Numbered from the stretch's first letter, positions 47,483-57,846 are shown. The stretch: 64,000 bases of DNA from an uncultured Gammaproteobacteria bacterium (GCA_964651815.1 CAZYWG010000002.1:92522-156521); one strand, 5' to 3'. The notes: generated by a model not told the origin, from the sequence alone. Made by a program: numbers and translations.

Positions 47483-48640
47483 CTACTCTTTGGGTTCTGA
47501 GGTGCGGAATTCACGAATAGCTGTCACTCTGACAACTCCGGGGACAATTAATTTTTTATCAATTTCTTCTTTTATTCTTTTTGCAACAATTGTTGTCTCT
47601 ACATCATCGAGTCGACCAGGATCGATAACAACTCTTAATTCGCGGCCTGCCTCAAATGCATATGCATCCATGACTCCATTGAAATTTTTTGCAATTTCTT
47701 CCATATCTCTAATACGTTTTACATATTCTTCAACATCTTCGTGTCTCGCACCCGGACGGCCTCCAGATGCGGCATCTGCCAAATAAACTAAAACTGATTC
47801 AACAGATGAAAAAGGCTTATCCTGGTGATGCTCGGCAACTGCATTGATAACCTCCCGTGGCATTTTGTATTTTTGGAGAAGATCAACACCAAGCTGCACA
47901 TGGCTTCCCTCTTTGTCTGAAACCACCTTTCCTATATCGTGAAAGAGACCTCCAACCTTTGCAATTTCAACATTTGCCCCAACTTCCGCTGCCAGATGCG
48001 CCGCAATTTTTGAAACTTCTAGCGAATGCATAATAAGATTTTGCCCAAATGAAGTACGGAATTTAAAGCGACCAAGATAAGATATTAAATCAGGATGTAT
48101 ATTTAAAACGCCTACCTCTTCTGCTATTTTTTGTCCTTCTTCAAGAAGTACTTGAGAAACCTCTTTTCTTTGCTGCTCAATTACCTCTTCAATCCTGACG
48201 GGTTGAATTCTTGTATCTTTGATAAGCAATTCAAGAGAGCGGCGCGCGATTTCCCGGCGTACAGAATCAAATGAAGAAAGCCTAATTATCCCTTCCTCAT
48301 CAAGCCCCACATCAACTCCACTCGCAGCCTCAAAAGTTCGGATATTACGGCCTTCTTTTCCAATTATTCTACCCTTAACGTCCTCGTCTTGAATTTTAAT
48401 GACTGAAACTGTGTATTCTGGGATAATGTCAAGAGTGCCATGCTGAAGTGAATCGGCCAGAATCTCACGCGCTTTTTGCGCAGCTGTTAACCTTGCTTCG
48501 TCTTCTGCTTCTCTGATTATTTTTGCAGCCTCCGCAGTTGATTCGTTGCGGATTTCATCAAGGAGGAGTTTTTTTGCTTGGTCTGAGGAAATATGAGATA
48601 TTTCCTCAAGCTTTTTCTTGTATTTCTGTTTGTCATCCAT
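47483..48640 (-). CDS. rny: Ribonuclease Y (KH + HD domains) lacking the usual N-terminal TM anchor
   Basis: KH domain GKEGRNIRTFE; HD motif (HSLEV...LFHDIGK). Confidence 0.85.
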   Translation of the reverse strand: MDDKQKYKKKLEEISHISSDQAKKLLLDEIRNESTAEAAKIIREAEDEARLTAAQKAREILADSLQHGTLDIIPEYTVSVIKIQDEDVKGRIIGKEGRNIRTFEAASGVDVGLDEEGIIRLSSFDSVRREIARRSLELLIKDTRIQPVRIEEVIEQQRKEVSQVLLEEGQKIAEEVGVLNIHPDLISYLGRFKFRTSFGQNLIMHSLEVSKIAAHLAAEVGANVEIAKVGGLFHDIGKVVSDKEGSHVQLGVDLLQKYKMPREVINAVAEHHQDKPFSSVESVLVYLADAASGGRPGARHEDVEEYVKRIRDMEEIAKNFNGVMDAYAFEAGRELRVVIDPGRLDDVETTIVAKRIKEEIDKKLIVPGVVRVTAIREFRTSEPKE

Positions 48641-48821
48641 AAAAATAAATGTGTGAGAGCAAAAGAAGGAAAGTCCTAAAAATTAGGCTTTTCGAAGTAA
48701 ATCGATTGGTTGAAAAAGAAGTTTAATCACGCCTTTAACCAAATCCTTTGGCTCAATGCTGATTATAACACTTCCCGCTAGACAATAAAAGCTACGTCTT
48801 GTAAACTAAATAAGCCTGCCT

Positions 48822-50102
48822 ATGCGCTTCATTAAAAATTTTGACGAGCTTGCTTTGACCCCTGAGAGAAAAGTTATATTGGAACTCGTTGAAACAGCGT
48901 TTGCTTCAATTCAGCCTAAAGAAGTTTTTGATAGGAATATTCACCGTCAAGGAAATACACTAACCATAGCAGATAAAGAATTCAATTTAGATAATTTTGA
49001 GCGTGTTTTTATTTTGGGGTTTGGCAAAGGAAGCTCTGGAAATTCCAAATTACTTGAAGATTTAATAATTGATAGGTTAACAAATGGTTATGTAATTGAT
49101 ACTGAAGGAAACGATTTTAAGAAAATTGAATTTTCCAAGGGGACACATCCGTTACCTTCTGAAGAAAATTTCAAATTTACAGAAAATGTAATTAATAAAT
49201 TGTCGGCTCTTACGGAAAAAGATTTGGTCTTGATAGTAATTTGTGGTGGAGGATCCGCAATGCTTGTCTATCCACATGCAATAACTCTAGACAAAAAAAT
49301 TAGCGTTGGGAAAGCGTTACTCAAATCCGGCGCGACAATTTCTGAAATGAATATTGTTAGAAAGCATTTGTCTCGTGTTAAGGGTGGTGGTTTGGCACAA
49401 ATCTTGTACCCTGCGACAGTTGCAACCCTTATTTATTCGGACGTCCCCGGAAATGATTTATCAACTATTGCGTCCGGCCCCACTGTGAAAGATCCAACAA
49501 CAATTGAAGACGCATTTGCATTAATAAAAAAGTTTGGTCTTGAACAAGAGTTAAATTTATCACATGATGATTTTGTAGAAAAGCCAAAAGAATCAAAATT
49601 TTTTGAAAAAGTTTCAAATGTTTTAGTTTTGAGCAACGAAACGGCGCTACAAGCCATGCAAAAAAGGGCAACGGAACTTGGTTGGAATGCAAATATTTTT
49701 TCCGATAGATTTGAGTCGGTTGCAAAAGAAGCGGGATCAAAATTAATTTCTGCAACGCATCAAAAAACCATTCTCTTGGCAGGAGGAGAAACAACTGTTC
49801 ATGTTACAAAACCAGGTGGGAGCGGCGGGCGAAATCAGGAATTAGTTTTGGCGGCTTTGCCGTTAGTGGGTAGAGACGTTACGATTTGCTCGTTTGATTC
49901 TGATGGTTGGGATAATTCTGAGGCGGCTGGAGCAATTGGCGACTACAAAACCGTTGAATCAGAACACGCAAAAAATGTAGATCCTGATAAGTTTTTAGAA
50001 ATTGATGACAGTCTTGATTTTTTTGCCAAAACTGGCGGAGCTATTATGACTGGAAGATTGCCATCGAACGTTTCTGATTTGATGATTGTCATGAGAAAAT
50101 AA
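48822..50102 (+). CDS. Glycerate kinase of the MOFRL family (glycerate 2-kinase)
   Basis: DUF4147-like N-domain and a MOFRL C-domain (GGETTVHV...GGRNQE). Confidence 0.75.
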   Translation: MRFIKNFDELALTPERKVILELVETAFASIQPKEVFDRNIHRQGNTLTIADKEFNLDNFERVFILGFGKGSSGNSKLLEDLIIDRLTNGYVIDTEGNDFKKIEFSKGTHPLPSEENFKFTENVINKLSALTEKDLVLIVICGGGSAMLVYPHAITLDKKISVGKALLKSGATISEMNIVRKHLSRVKGGGLAQILYPATVATLIYSDVPGNDLSTIASGPTVKDPTTIEDAFALIKKFGLEQELNLSHDDFVEKPKESKFFEKVSNVLVLSNETALQAMQKRATELGWNANIFSDRFESVAKEAGSKLISATHQKTILLAGGETTVHVTKPGGSGGRNQELVLAALPLVGRDVTICSFDSDGWDNSEAAGAIGDYKTVESEHAKNVDPDKFLEIDDSLDFFAKTGGAIMTGRLPSNVSDLMIVMRK

Positions 50103-50103
50103 C

Positions 50104-50964
50104 ATGCGAGACTTAACGGACATAAAGATAAAAGAGTTGGAACTTAAAGCAACTCAAGCACGAGAGCTCGTTATTGAAACTCTGCTTGAAGCCGGAAGCG
50201 GACACAGCGCGGGACCTCTAGGAATGGCGGATATTTTTACAGCATTTTACTTTCATATTTTAAACCATGATCCTAAAAATCCAGACTGGGCGGATCGCGA
50301 CCGACTTATACTTTCCAACGGACATATATGCCCTATTCGCTACGTCTCAATGGCAATGAGCGGATATTTTCCTATTGATGAATTGAAAACTTTGAGAAAG
50401 TTAAACTCCAGACTTCAAGGACATCCGCACAGGACTGCTCTTCCTGGTGTTGAAACAACCTCAGGACCTCTTGGCGAAGGGATTTCTCAGGCAATTGGTA
50501 TTGCGCTTGCCGCAAAAATGGATAAGAAAAATTATCATGTTTATTGTCTGACGTCTGACGGAGAGCACCAGGAGGGAAATACTTGGGAAGCATTACTCGT
50601 TGCCTCAAAATATAAGCTTGATAACTTGACTGTCGTCATTGACCGCAACAATATTCAAATTGACGGATTTACCGAAGACATTTTGCCGCTCGATTATCTG
50701 CGCGCAAAATATGAGTCATTTAATTGGCATGCAATGGAAGTTGACGGACATAATATGAGAACCTTTGTTGATACTGTTGGTGAAGCGCTTGCAATACATC
50801 AAAAACCGACTGTAATAATCGCTAACACTATTCCCGGTAAAGGCGTAAGTTTCATGGAAAACAAGGTCGAATGGCACGGAAAGCCTCCGAATCCCGAGGA
50901 AGAAAAAAAAGCAATGGATGAATTGAGAACTCTGCAAGGAAAAATTGAAAGCGAACACCAATAA
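50104..50964 (+). CDS. Transketolase, N-terminal (TPP-binding) subunit of a split enzyme
   Basis: GHSAGPLGMAD, GDGE..EG motifs. Confidence 0.85.
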   Translation: MRDLTDIKIKELELKATQARELVIETLLEAGSGHSAGPLGMADIFTAFYFHILNHDPKNPDWADRDRLILSNGHICPIRYVSMAMSGYFPIDELKTLRKLNSRLQGHPHRTALPGVETTSGPLGEGISQAIGIALAAKMDKKNYHVYCLTSDGEHQEGNTWEALLVASKYKLDNLTVVIDRNNIQIDGFTEDILPLDYLRAKYESFNWHAMEVDGHNMRTFVDTVGEALAIHQKPTVIIANTIPGKGVSFMENKVEWHGKPPNPEEEKKAMDELRTLQGKIESEHQ

Positions 50965-50966
50965 GA

Positions 50967-51956
50967 ATGTTAAATCCTGATTTAAAACTTAACGATAAAA
51001 TGTTTGATGAGAAAGTTGAAAAAGATGCAACCCGCAGCGGTTATGGCACGGGGCTTGTAGCGCTTGGTGAAGAAGACCCGAAGGTAGTTGTATTGTCAGC
51101 CGATTTAACTGAATCAACAAAAGCAGATAGCTTTGCAAAAAAATGGCCGGAAAGATTCTTTGAAATGGGAGTCGCGGAGCAAAATATGGCGGCAGTGGCA
51201 GCAGGTCTTGGAGTAACTGGTAAAACCGCTTTTATTTCTTCTTATGCAACTTTCTCCCCTGGCAAAAATTGGGAAACAATCCGCACAACTATTGTCTACA
51301 ATCAGTCAAACGTAAAAATTGCCGGACACCATGCGGGCGTCATGACAGGACCGGATGGTGCTACTCATCAAGCAACGGAAGATATTGCTTCGGTTCGCCC
51401 ATGGCCGGGAATTAAAATCTTTGTCCCGTGTGATGCGATTGAAGGAAAGAAAGCAACGATTTCGGCGGGTCAACACGTGGGTCCAGTTTATTTAAGATTC
51501 TCCCGAGATAAAACACCAATCATGACCACTGAAGCAACTCCCTTCAATGATAACATTCAAATTTTTTGGACTTCGGAAAAACCGCAAGTAGTGATATTCG
51601 GAATGGGTTGGCTTTTATATCAAGCTTTACTTGCAGCAAAAGACCTAGAAAAAGAAGGAGTTAATGTGCTTGTCGCAAATGTTGCGACTGTTAAACCGAT
51701 CGATGAAACAACTATTCTAAAATTGGTCAAACAAACTGGCGCCGCGGTTTCAGTTGAAGATCACCAGATTGCAGGTGGCCTTGGTAGTGCTATCGCTGAA
51801 GTCCTTGCCAAAAATTCTCCAACCCCCATGGAATTTGTGGGTCTTCAAGACACTTTCGCAGAATCAGGAACACCGGCGGAACTTATCAAGAAATACAAGA
51901 TGGATAAATATGCAATAATAGAATCAGTCAAGAAAGTTATTACCAGAAAAAAATGA
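50967..51956 (+). CDS. Transketolase, C-terminal (pyrimidine-binding) subunit
   Basis: FEMGVAEQNM motif; adjacent to the N-terminal subunit. Confidence 0.85.
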   Translation: MLNPDLKLNDKMFDEKVEKDATRSGYGTGLVALGEEDPKVVVLSADLTESTKADSFAKKWPERFFEMGVAEQNMAAVAAGLGVTGKTAFISSYATFSPGKNWETIRTTIVYNQSNVKIAGHHAGVMTGPDGATHQATEDIASVRPWPGIKIFVPCDAIEGKKATISAGQHVGPVYLRFSRDKTPIMTTEATPFNDNIQIFWTSEKPQVVIFGMGWLLYQALLAAKDLEKEGVNVLVANVATVKPIDETTILKLVKQTGAAVSVEDHQIAGGLGSAIAEVLAKNSPTPMEFVGLQDTFAESGTPAELIKKYKMDKYAIIESVKKVITRKK

Positions 51957-53608
51957 ACGACCAACTCTTGCAAGAACTTAAACAATCAATAAAAGGTGAC
52001 GTCTTAAATGACGAACAAACCTTAATGGATTATAGCCATGATGCTTCGCTCTTTGAGGTAAAACCTCAAGTTGTTGTTTTTCCAAAAGATGAAGTAGATG
52101 TCCAGTCACTTGTTAATTTTGTAAACAAACATAAATCAGAACACCCAAAACTTTCTCTTACCGGGCGGTCTGCCGGAACAGATATGAGTGGCGGTTCAAT
52201 TAACGAATCTATAATCGTCGCTTTTGGAAAATATTTTAATCACCCGCCAATTATAAATGGGACGCTCGTGACGACCGAACCCGGGGTTTTTTACCGGGAC
52301 CTTGAAGTAGAAACACTTAAGCAAAATTTAATCTTCCCTTCTTACCCTGCATCCCGCGGACTTTGCGCTATGGGTGGAATATTTAATAATAATTCCGGTG
52401 GCGAAAAATCCCTTCAATATGGGAAAACGGAAAAATATGTAAAGCGCGTAAAAGTAGTTTTGAAAGACGGAAAAACTTACGAAATTAAACCGTTGAATGA
52501 AGAGGAACTAAAGCACAAAATGGAACAAGATGACGTTGAAGGGGAAATTTATAAGAAAATGTTTGAACTTATTAATAACAACTACGATGAAATAAAAGCT
52601 GCAAAACCGGACGTTACAAAAAATTCTGCTGGTTATTTTTTATGGAACGTTTATGACCGTGAGACAAAAATATTTGACCTTACAAAACTTTGGGTAGGTG
52701 CACAAGGAACTCTAGGGATGTTCTTGGAAGGAGATATTGAAATTGTCCCAGTCCATAAACACCGTGATATGTTAATTATTTTCCTTCATGATACCGCACA
52801 TTTGGGCCAGATAATAAATGAAGTTTTGGCATTAAATCCTGAAAGTTTTGAGTCGTACGATGACAACACTTTAAAACTAGCACTTAAATATTTCCCGGAA
52901 TTCGCAAAGCAACTTGGACTTCTGGGGATGATTCAAGCAGGATTTGCATTTTTACCGGCATTTCTATCTTTATTTACTGGAAGAAGTCTTCCAAAACTAG
53001 TTTTGCAAGTTGATTTCACAAGTGACGATTTAAAAGAAGTAGAACAAAAGGTTGCAACTCTAAAAGAAAGGCTCAAACCTCTTCATCCACAGACCCAGGT
53101 TGCTGAAGAAGGCGCAGAACAAAAATATTGGCTAGTACGCCGCGAAAGTTTCAATTTACTTAGGAAGAAAATAAGAAATAAGCACACAGCACCTTTTATA
53201 GATGACTTTGTCATTAAGCCTGAATTTATTGCGGAAGTAATTCCTCAAGTAACTGACATTCTTAAAAATTATCCTGAATTTATGTATACGGTAGCAGGAC
53301 ACGTGGGAAATGGAAATTTCCATATTATTCCACTTGTTGACATCCAAAATCCTAAAGTCAGGACTGCAATTCCGGAAATTTCTGACAAGGTATACGCAAT
53401 TGTCGCAAAGTACAAAGGTTCCATAACCGGCGAACATAATGATGGCATGATTAGAACACCTTATCTTGAGACAATGTATGGCAAAAAAATTGTGGATTTA
53501 TTTGCAGAAACTAAGAAAATTTTTGATCCTGAAAATATTTTCAACCCCGGCAAAAAGGTAGGTGGCACGCTTGAATACGCAATGAGCCACATTAGGACAA
53601 ATTGGTAA
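51953..53608 (+). CDS. FAD-linked oxidase (GlcD / D-lactate dehydrogenase-like; FAD_binding_4 plus FAD-oxidase_C)
   Basis: PQVVVFPKDEVDVQSLVNFVNKH...TGRSAGTDMSGG. Confidence 0.7.
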   Translation: MNDQLLQELKQSIKGDVLNDEQTLMDYSHDASLFEVKPQVVVFPKDEVDVQSLVNFVNKHKSEHPKLSLTGRSAGTDMSGGSINESIIVAFGKYFNHPPIINGTLVTTEPGVFYRDLEVETLKQNLIFPSYPASRGLCAMGGIFNNNSGGEKSLQYGKTEKYVKRVKVVLKDGKTYEIKPLNEEELKHKMEQDDVEGEIYKKMFELINNNYDEIKAAKPDVTKNSAGYFLWNVYDRETKIFDLTKLWVGAQGTLGMFLEGDIEIVPVHKHRDMLIIFLHDTAHLGQIINEVLALNPESFESYDDNTLKLALKYFPEFAKQLGLLGMIQAGFAFLPAFLSLFTGRSLPKLVLQVDFTSDDLKEVEQKVATLKERLKPLHPQTQVAEEGAEQKYWLVRRESFNLLRKKIRNKHTAPFIDDFVIKPEFIAEVIPQVTDILKNYPEFMYTVAGHVGNGNFHIIPLVDIQNPKVRTAIPEISDKVYAIVAKYKGSITGEHNDGMIRTPYLETMYGKKIVDLFAETKKIFDPENIFNPGKKVGGTLEYAMSHIRTNW

Positions 53609-53612
53609 TATT

Positions 53613-54032
53613 ATGCATGCGCCTCTCTATAGTTCTATAACTTTATTTGCAGAAATTATAGTTTCAGCAGTTATTTACTTCACACTTTACCAGGGTTATA
53701 AACACAATAAGTTTCCTACCATTCTTGCTTTTAGCGCTCTCCTTTATGAATTGATTTTTAACATTTCCTATATGGCAAACAGAGTCCCCTCTCATATTAA
53801 AGTTGCAAAAATTGAATCACCGGGAATTGTCGCACTTGCTGCAATTCACGGGATACTCTCTCTTCTAATGTTTATTGCCCTAATAATTTTCTTTATTGTT
53901 GCATGGAAAAATTACATGAAAGAAAAGAATTACTTCAAAGATCACAAAAAACTCACATATACATTTCTTTTCTTCTGGACATTTTCTATAATTTCAGGCG
54001 TTCTCTTCTATATTGTAGAGTATGTAATTTAG
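53613..54032 (+). CDS. Hypothetical 4-TM membrane protein
   Basis: Hydrophobicity pattern only. Confidence 0.4.
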   Translation: MHAPLYSSITLFAEIIVSAVIYFTLYQGYKHNKFPTILAFSALLYELIFNISYMANRVPSHIKVAKIESPGIVALAAIHGILSLLMFIALIIFFIVAWKNYMKEKNYFKDHKKLTYTFLFFWTFSIISGVLFYIVEYVI

Positions 54033-54059
54033 AGAATTTTACTCAAAATTATATATTTA

Positions 54060-54470
54060 CTAAATTGTTGCGAAGGCAAGAGCGGCACCAATGATTGCTA
54101 CATTTCTGAATGTTACATTTAAGAAAGAATAATTTATTATTGTAATTGTAATTAGGAATAATGCTGTAACGAGACCCGAATATCTTCTGAATTTACCCGA
54201 CAAAATCCAAAGCGCAAGAATTACTTCAAATGCACTGAATACCGGCAAAAATACGCTCAAAGGTAATACGTGTGTAACAAAAGCCGGAACATATTTTGCA
54301 CCTGTCCTTGCATCTCCCGACACAAAGATTGCAGCATAAATAAAAACAAACCCCAGACCAACGCGCAAACTAATTGAAGGGAAGTTATGTATTAGTTTTT
54401 CTCGCCAATTCATTGATGCTACAGTAACATTTATTGCTTGGGATTTCTGTTCTGGAGCAAAATATACCAT
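54060..54470 (-). CDS. DoxX-like small membrane protein. Start uncertain: the ORF track extends to 54707 and would overlap the PCD gene by 76 nt.
   Basis: 4 predicted TM helices in the last 136 aa; the first ATG 3' of the PCD stop was chosen. Confidence 0.35.
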   Translation of the reverse strand: MVYFAPEQKSQAINVTVASMNWREKLIHNFPSISLRVGLGFVFIYAAIFVSGDARTGAKYVPAFVTHVLPLSVFLPVFSAFEVILALWILSGKFRRYSGLVTALFLITITIINYSFLNVTFRNVAIIGAALAFATI

Positions 54471-54631
54471 AAGGTCTTCTTCACGCCAACCGTTTGCTAC
54501 TAGGCTTTGCTTTATTGCGTCCAGTGCTATTCCTTTTGATTTACTCTCGTTAATATATTTGACTATGTCATTATTCACGCTAATTAAATAATAAAGAGTT
54601 GTAAAAAAAATTGCAATAAAATTAAATCTGG

Positions 54632-54997
54632 TTATGGGGAAATTTGTTCTATTTTGGAGGCAACTATAAAATCGTTGGGAGAAAGGCCGCCAATCGCATG
54701 CGTCCAAAGAGTAATGGTCACTCTTGAATATGAAATTATGATATCCGGGTGGTGGTCTTCAGCATTCGCAATATCCGCAACCTTATTTACAAACTTCATG
54801 GCAGTTACAAAATCTTTAAATTTAAACTTTTTCTGTATTTTTTTGCCTTCTCCGGGAATAGACTTTGGAGAAGAAGGAGTGTCATCTATAACTTCCCAAG
54901 GAGTTTTAAGATAAGTCATGTAGGTTTGAATTTCTTCCGGAGAAAAAGGTTTTGTCCCTCCCTCACACGGAACACATTTTTGCTTAGTCAAATCCAT
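54632..54997 (-). CDS. Pterin-4a-carbinolamine dehydratase (PCD/DCoH family)
   Basis: ...EDHHPDIIISYSRVTITLWTHAIGGLS is the PCD signature. Confidence 0.8.
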   Translation of the reverse strand: MDLTKQKCVPCEGGTKPFSPEEIQTYMTYLKTPWEVIDDTPSSPKSIPGEGKKIQKKFKFKDFVTAMKFVNKVADIANAEDHHPDIIISYSRVTITLWTHAIGGLSPNDFIVASKIEQISP

Positions 54998-55015
54998 AAA
55001 AATATTATATACCTT

Positions 55016-55921
55016 TCAAGATAAAAATTTAGCAACGTCTTGTAAGTTTCCTGTATTAATTTGGTGTTCATCAATAATTTCGGTTGCATTTGAACCTCTT
55101 TGATACAAAACAACTAGACCGAATCCCAAAACTTCTTTTGGCGTTTGTAAATCACCGCCGAATGAATCTCCTATCATTAGGGTATTTGAAAGATTAAACG
55201 GCTTTCCCAAATCTGATTCTGCTGCTTTAATTCCCTTTTCAAAGAAATCGCGGTGCGGTTTATCTTCAGGATCTCCAATAGAAAGACTATCAAACAACAC
55301 ACCCATATCTCTCAAAATTTCTATTCTTTGTCTTTTGAGAGCTTCCGAATATTTAGGCTCATAATCAAACTGCCCGTCGGCAGCCAAAGTCAATCTTCCG
55401 TCACTACTTGTAATAAGATAAATTGGCCTTTTGTGTTTTTTTATTTCATTTACTAGCGCGAGCGCATCGGGAAAGACGTGGGTTTGTTTCGCAAGAGAAA
55501 TCCAATAAGCGTCCCCCGCCTCAACAATCATTTCGGGTGTTGTTTTGAGTCCCACTCGATCTGCCGCAATTTTTATGAGAACCTCACGGCTCCATTTTTT
55601 AATGAATCCATATTTTTCTTTAACTCTTTTTTGAAAATTCTCGATCTCTATTAAAATATTCTCGTAGGCTTCCTTTCCGCCATTAACTTTTTTCCACTCT
55701 TCATCTTCTTTCACTCGATATCCATCCATCATCATCGTAAAAATTTCAACGTAAACTTTTTTTACTTTCTCTGCTTCATTTTCTGAGTATTTTGCAGCAA
55801 ATACTTTTTTAATTCCTTCCGATGCGAAAAGTGTTAAACCGCCAGTATCGATAAGCGTGTCATCCACATCAAAAAACCAGACAGACTCGCTCCACGGAAT
55901 CTTAATCAGATTATTTTCCAT
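55016..55921 (-). CDS. HAD-superfamily hydrolase
   Basis: FFDVDDTLID motif I, with KP and GD motifs downstream. Confidence 0.6.
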   Translation of the reverse strand: MENNLIKIPWSESVWFFDVDDTLIDTGGLTLFASEGIKKVFAAKYSENEAEKVKKVYVEIFTMMMDGYRVKEDEEWKKVNGGKEAYENILIEIENFQKRVKEKYGFIKKWSREVLIKIAADRVGLKTTPEMIVEAGDAYWISLAKQTHVFPDALALVNEIKKHKRPIYLITSSDGRLTLAADGQFDYEPKYSEALKRQRIEILRDMGVLFDSLSIGDPEDKPHRDFFEKGIKAAESDLGKPFNLSNTLMIGDSFGGDLQTPKEVLGFGLVVLYQRGSNATEIIDEHQINTGNLQDVAKFLS

Positions 55922-55949
55922 CTCTTGATTTTATCACAGCTTATGGACG

Positions 55950-56441
55950 TTATTTTCTTTTCTGAAATGCTGTGTAATGATGGTACGAGAATGGAAATTT
56001 AACTTGATTGAGGTGCTTATCATCTTTTAATTGGCGTTCCCTGATTTCCCAGGTATATCTTTTTCCGCAGTCATCACTACTGAAAACTATATATCCACCC
56101 GACTTGAGAACTCTCAAAAACTCTCTCTTATCTGAAAGTTCTATATGAATATCCTGCACAAAGACGACATCCAAAGACCCGTTTTTAAACGGTAGTCCGC
56201 GATTGATATCTCCATACATTAAATTCTGTCCCCGCGGGGCTAAATCTTGGTTTTCATCCAAATAATAAGTTTTTTCATTTTCAAATGATCGTTCTAATAC
56301 GTGGTCGTAACCTACGCCCGGGTAGAAAATTCTTTCAGCTCCGGTCACAGCTCTAAAGTTAGCCCAATATCTTCTGGCGCTAAAGTAGCGAATTCTATCA
56401 GTGACATCTTTTAAGTTAGTTATCGGTCCTCTTTCTGGCAT
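55950..56441 (-). CDS. Class I SAM-methyltransferase-like protein (truncated or atypical)
   Basis: LPFKNGSLDVVFV...LRVLKSGGYIVFS resembles methyltransferase motifs II/III. Confidence 0.35.
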   Translation of the reverse strand: MPERGPITNLKDVTDRIRYFSARRYWANFRAVTGAERIFYPGVGYDHVLERSFENEKTYYLDENQDLAPRGQNLMYGDINRGLPFKNGSLDVVFVQDIHIELSDKREFLRVLKSGGYIVFSSDDCGKRYTWEIRERQLKDDKHLNQVKFPFSYHHYTAFQKRK

Positions 56442-56516
56442 ATAAAGTATTGAGTATACTTTCTATAGACCTGTAAATCAAGGCTACTACATGGTTAGAA
56501 CTTCTGGCATAAATTC

Positions 56517-56524
56517 TGTATAAT
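56517..56524 (+). promoter_or_regulatory. Extended -10 element (TGTATAAT) about 14 nt upstream of tRNA-Pro
   Basis: Sequence match only. Confidence 0.35.
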
Positions 56525-56537
56525 ACTAAGAACACTT

Positions 56538-56611
56538 CGGGGTGTAGTTTAACGGTAGAATGCGCGGCTGGGGGTCGTGCGGATGGAGTCCGATTCTCCA
56601 CACCCCGACCA
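56538..56611 (+). tRNA. tRNA-Pro (anticodon GGG) with encoded CCA
   Basis: Hand-folded cloverleaf. The 7-bp acceptor stem has C1-G72 and A73, the bacterial tRNA-Pro identity elements. Anticodon loop is CUGGGGG with G37. T-arm is TGGAG/CTCCA. GG in the D-loop. Confidence 0.8.
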
Positions 56612-56742
56612 GATCCGTAAAGAGGATTCTCCACACCACGGACTAACGCTTTATTATATCTAATTTATATGCAATTTACTCCATTTTGGAATGTTTTGAT
56701 CTATTGAATTTTATTCGAAAGTTAACTACAATAATCTGAATT

Positions 56743-57846
56743 ATGGTAAAAGCAGTAAAAACTCCCGCAACTATAGGTAACGGCGCTCCAAAATCATCCC
56801 AGTCGGAGAAACAGGCGGCTATTGGAATGGCAATGGAGCAAATTCAAAGACAGTACGGAAAGGGTTCCATCATGAAATTTGGCGACGCCGCAGAACGCAT
56901 GGCGGTTGAAGTAATTCCAACTGGATCTTTAGCACTCGACCTGGCACTTGGAGTTGGCGGACTACCCCGCGGAAGAATAGTTGAAATTTACGGACCGGAA
57001 GCTTCTGGAAAAACAACCGTCTGTCTATCCGTAATTGCTGAAGCCCAGAAAAGGGGCGGGGTTGCAGCTTTCATTGATGCAGAACATGCTCTTGACCCAC
57101 TGTGGGCGCAAACAATAGGTGTCAAACTTGACGATCTCTTAATCTCTCAACCTGATACCGGCGAACAGGCTTTGGAAATAACTGAACAACTCATTCGATC
57201 TGGAGGGCTTGATGTAATTGTAGTTGATTCTGTAGCTGCTCTTGTACCACGCGCCGAGATTGAAGGAGAAATGGGAGACGCCATGATGGGAATGCAGGCG
57301 CGTCTCATGTCACAAGCGCTTAGGAAATTAACCGCCGCAATTTCAAAAAGCAAAACAATTGTAATATTTACCAACCAATTACGACAAAAGATTGGAGTCA
57401 TGTTTGGAAATCCTGAGACTACAACTGGCGGAATGGCCCTTAAATTTTATGCGTCAGTCAGGCTTGACGTCAGAAAAATTGAAACGTTAAAAGATGGAGA
57501 TAAAGTAATTGGAAATAGATCCCGTGTTAAAGTTGTTAAAAATAAAGTTTCCCCCCCATTTAGAATTGCCGAATTTGACGTCATGGCCGGGGAAGGAATT
57601 TCACGTGAAGGAAATGTAATTGATGTAGGGGTTGAAACCGGTGTTGTTTCAAAAACAGGCGCATTTTTGCGTTACGGAGAACTCATGCTTGGGCAAGGAA
57701 GAGAAGCCGCTAAAATATACCTTAAAGAAAATCCTGAAATAGCTAAGAAAATAGTCGCCGAGGTAATGGAAAAATCAAAAGAAGGCAAACCAATGCTTGA
57801 AGTAGGTGTTGAAGAGCATGAAAACGAAGAAGAATTGGCCTCCTAG
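56743..57846 (+). CDS. recA: Recombinase RecA
   Basis: GPEASGKTT Walker A, and L1/L2 loops. Confidence 0.95.
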   Translation: MVKAVKTPATIGNGAPKSSQSEKQAAIGMAMEQIQRQYGKGSIMKFGDAAERMAVEVIPTGSLALDLALGVGGLPRGRIVEIYGPEASGKTTVCLSVIAEAQKRGGVAAFIDAEHALDPLWAQTIGVKLDDLLISQPDTGEQALEITEQLIRSGGLDVIVVDSVAALVPRAEIEGEMGDAMMGMQARLMSQALRKLTAAISKSKTIVIFTNQLRQKIGVMFGNPETTTGGMALKFYASVRLDVRKIETLKDGDKVIGNRSRVKVVKNKVSPPFRIAEFDVMAGEGISREGNVIDVGVETGVVSKTGAFLRYGELMLGQGREAAKIYLKENPEIAKKIVAEVMEKSKEGKPMLEVGVEEHENEEELAS

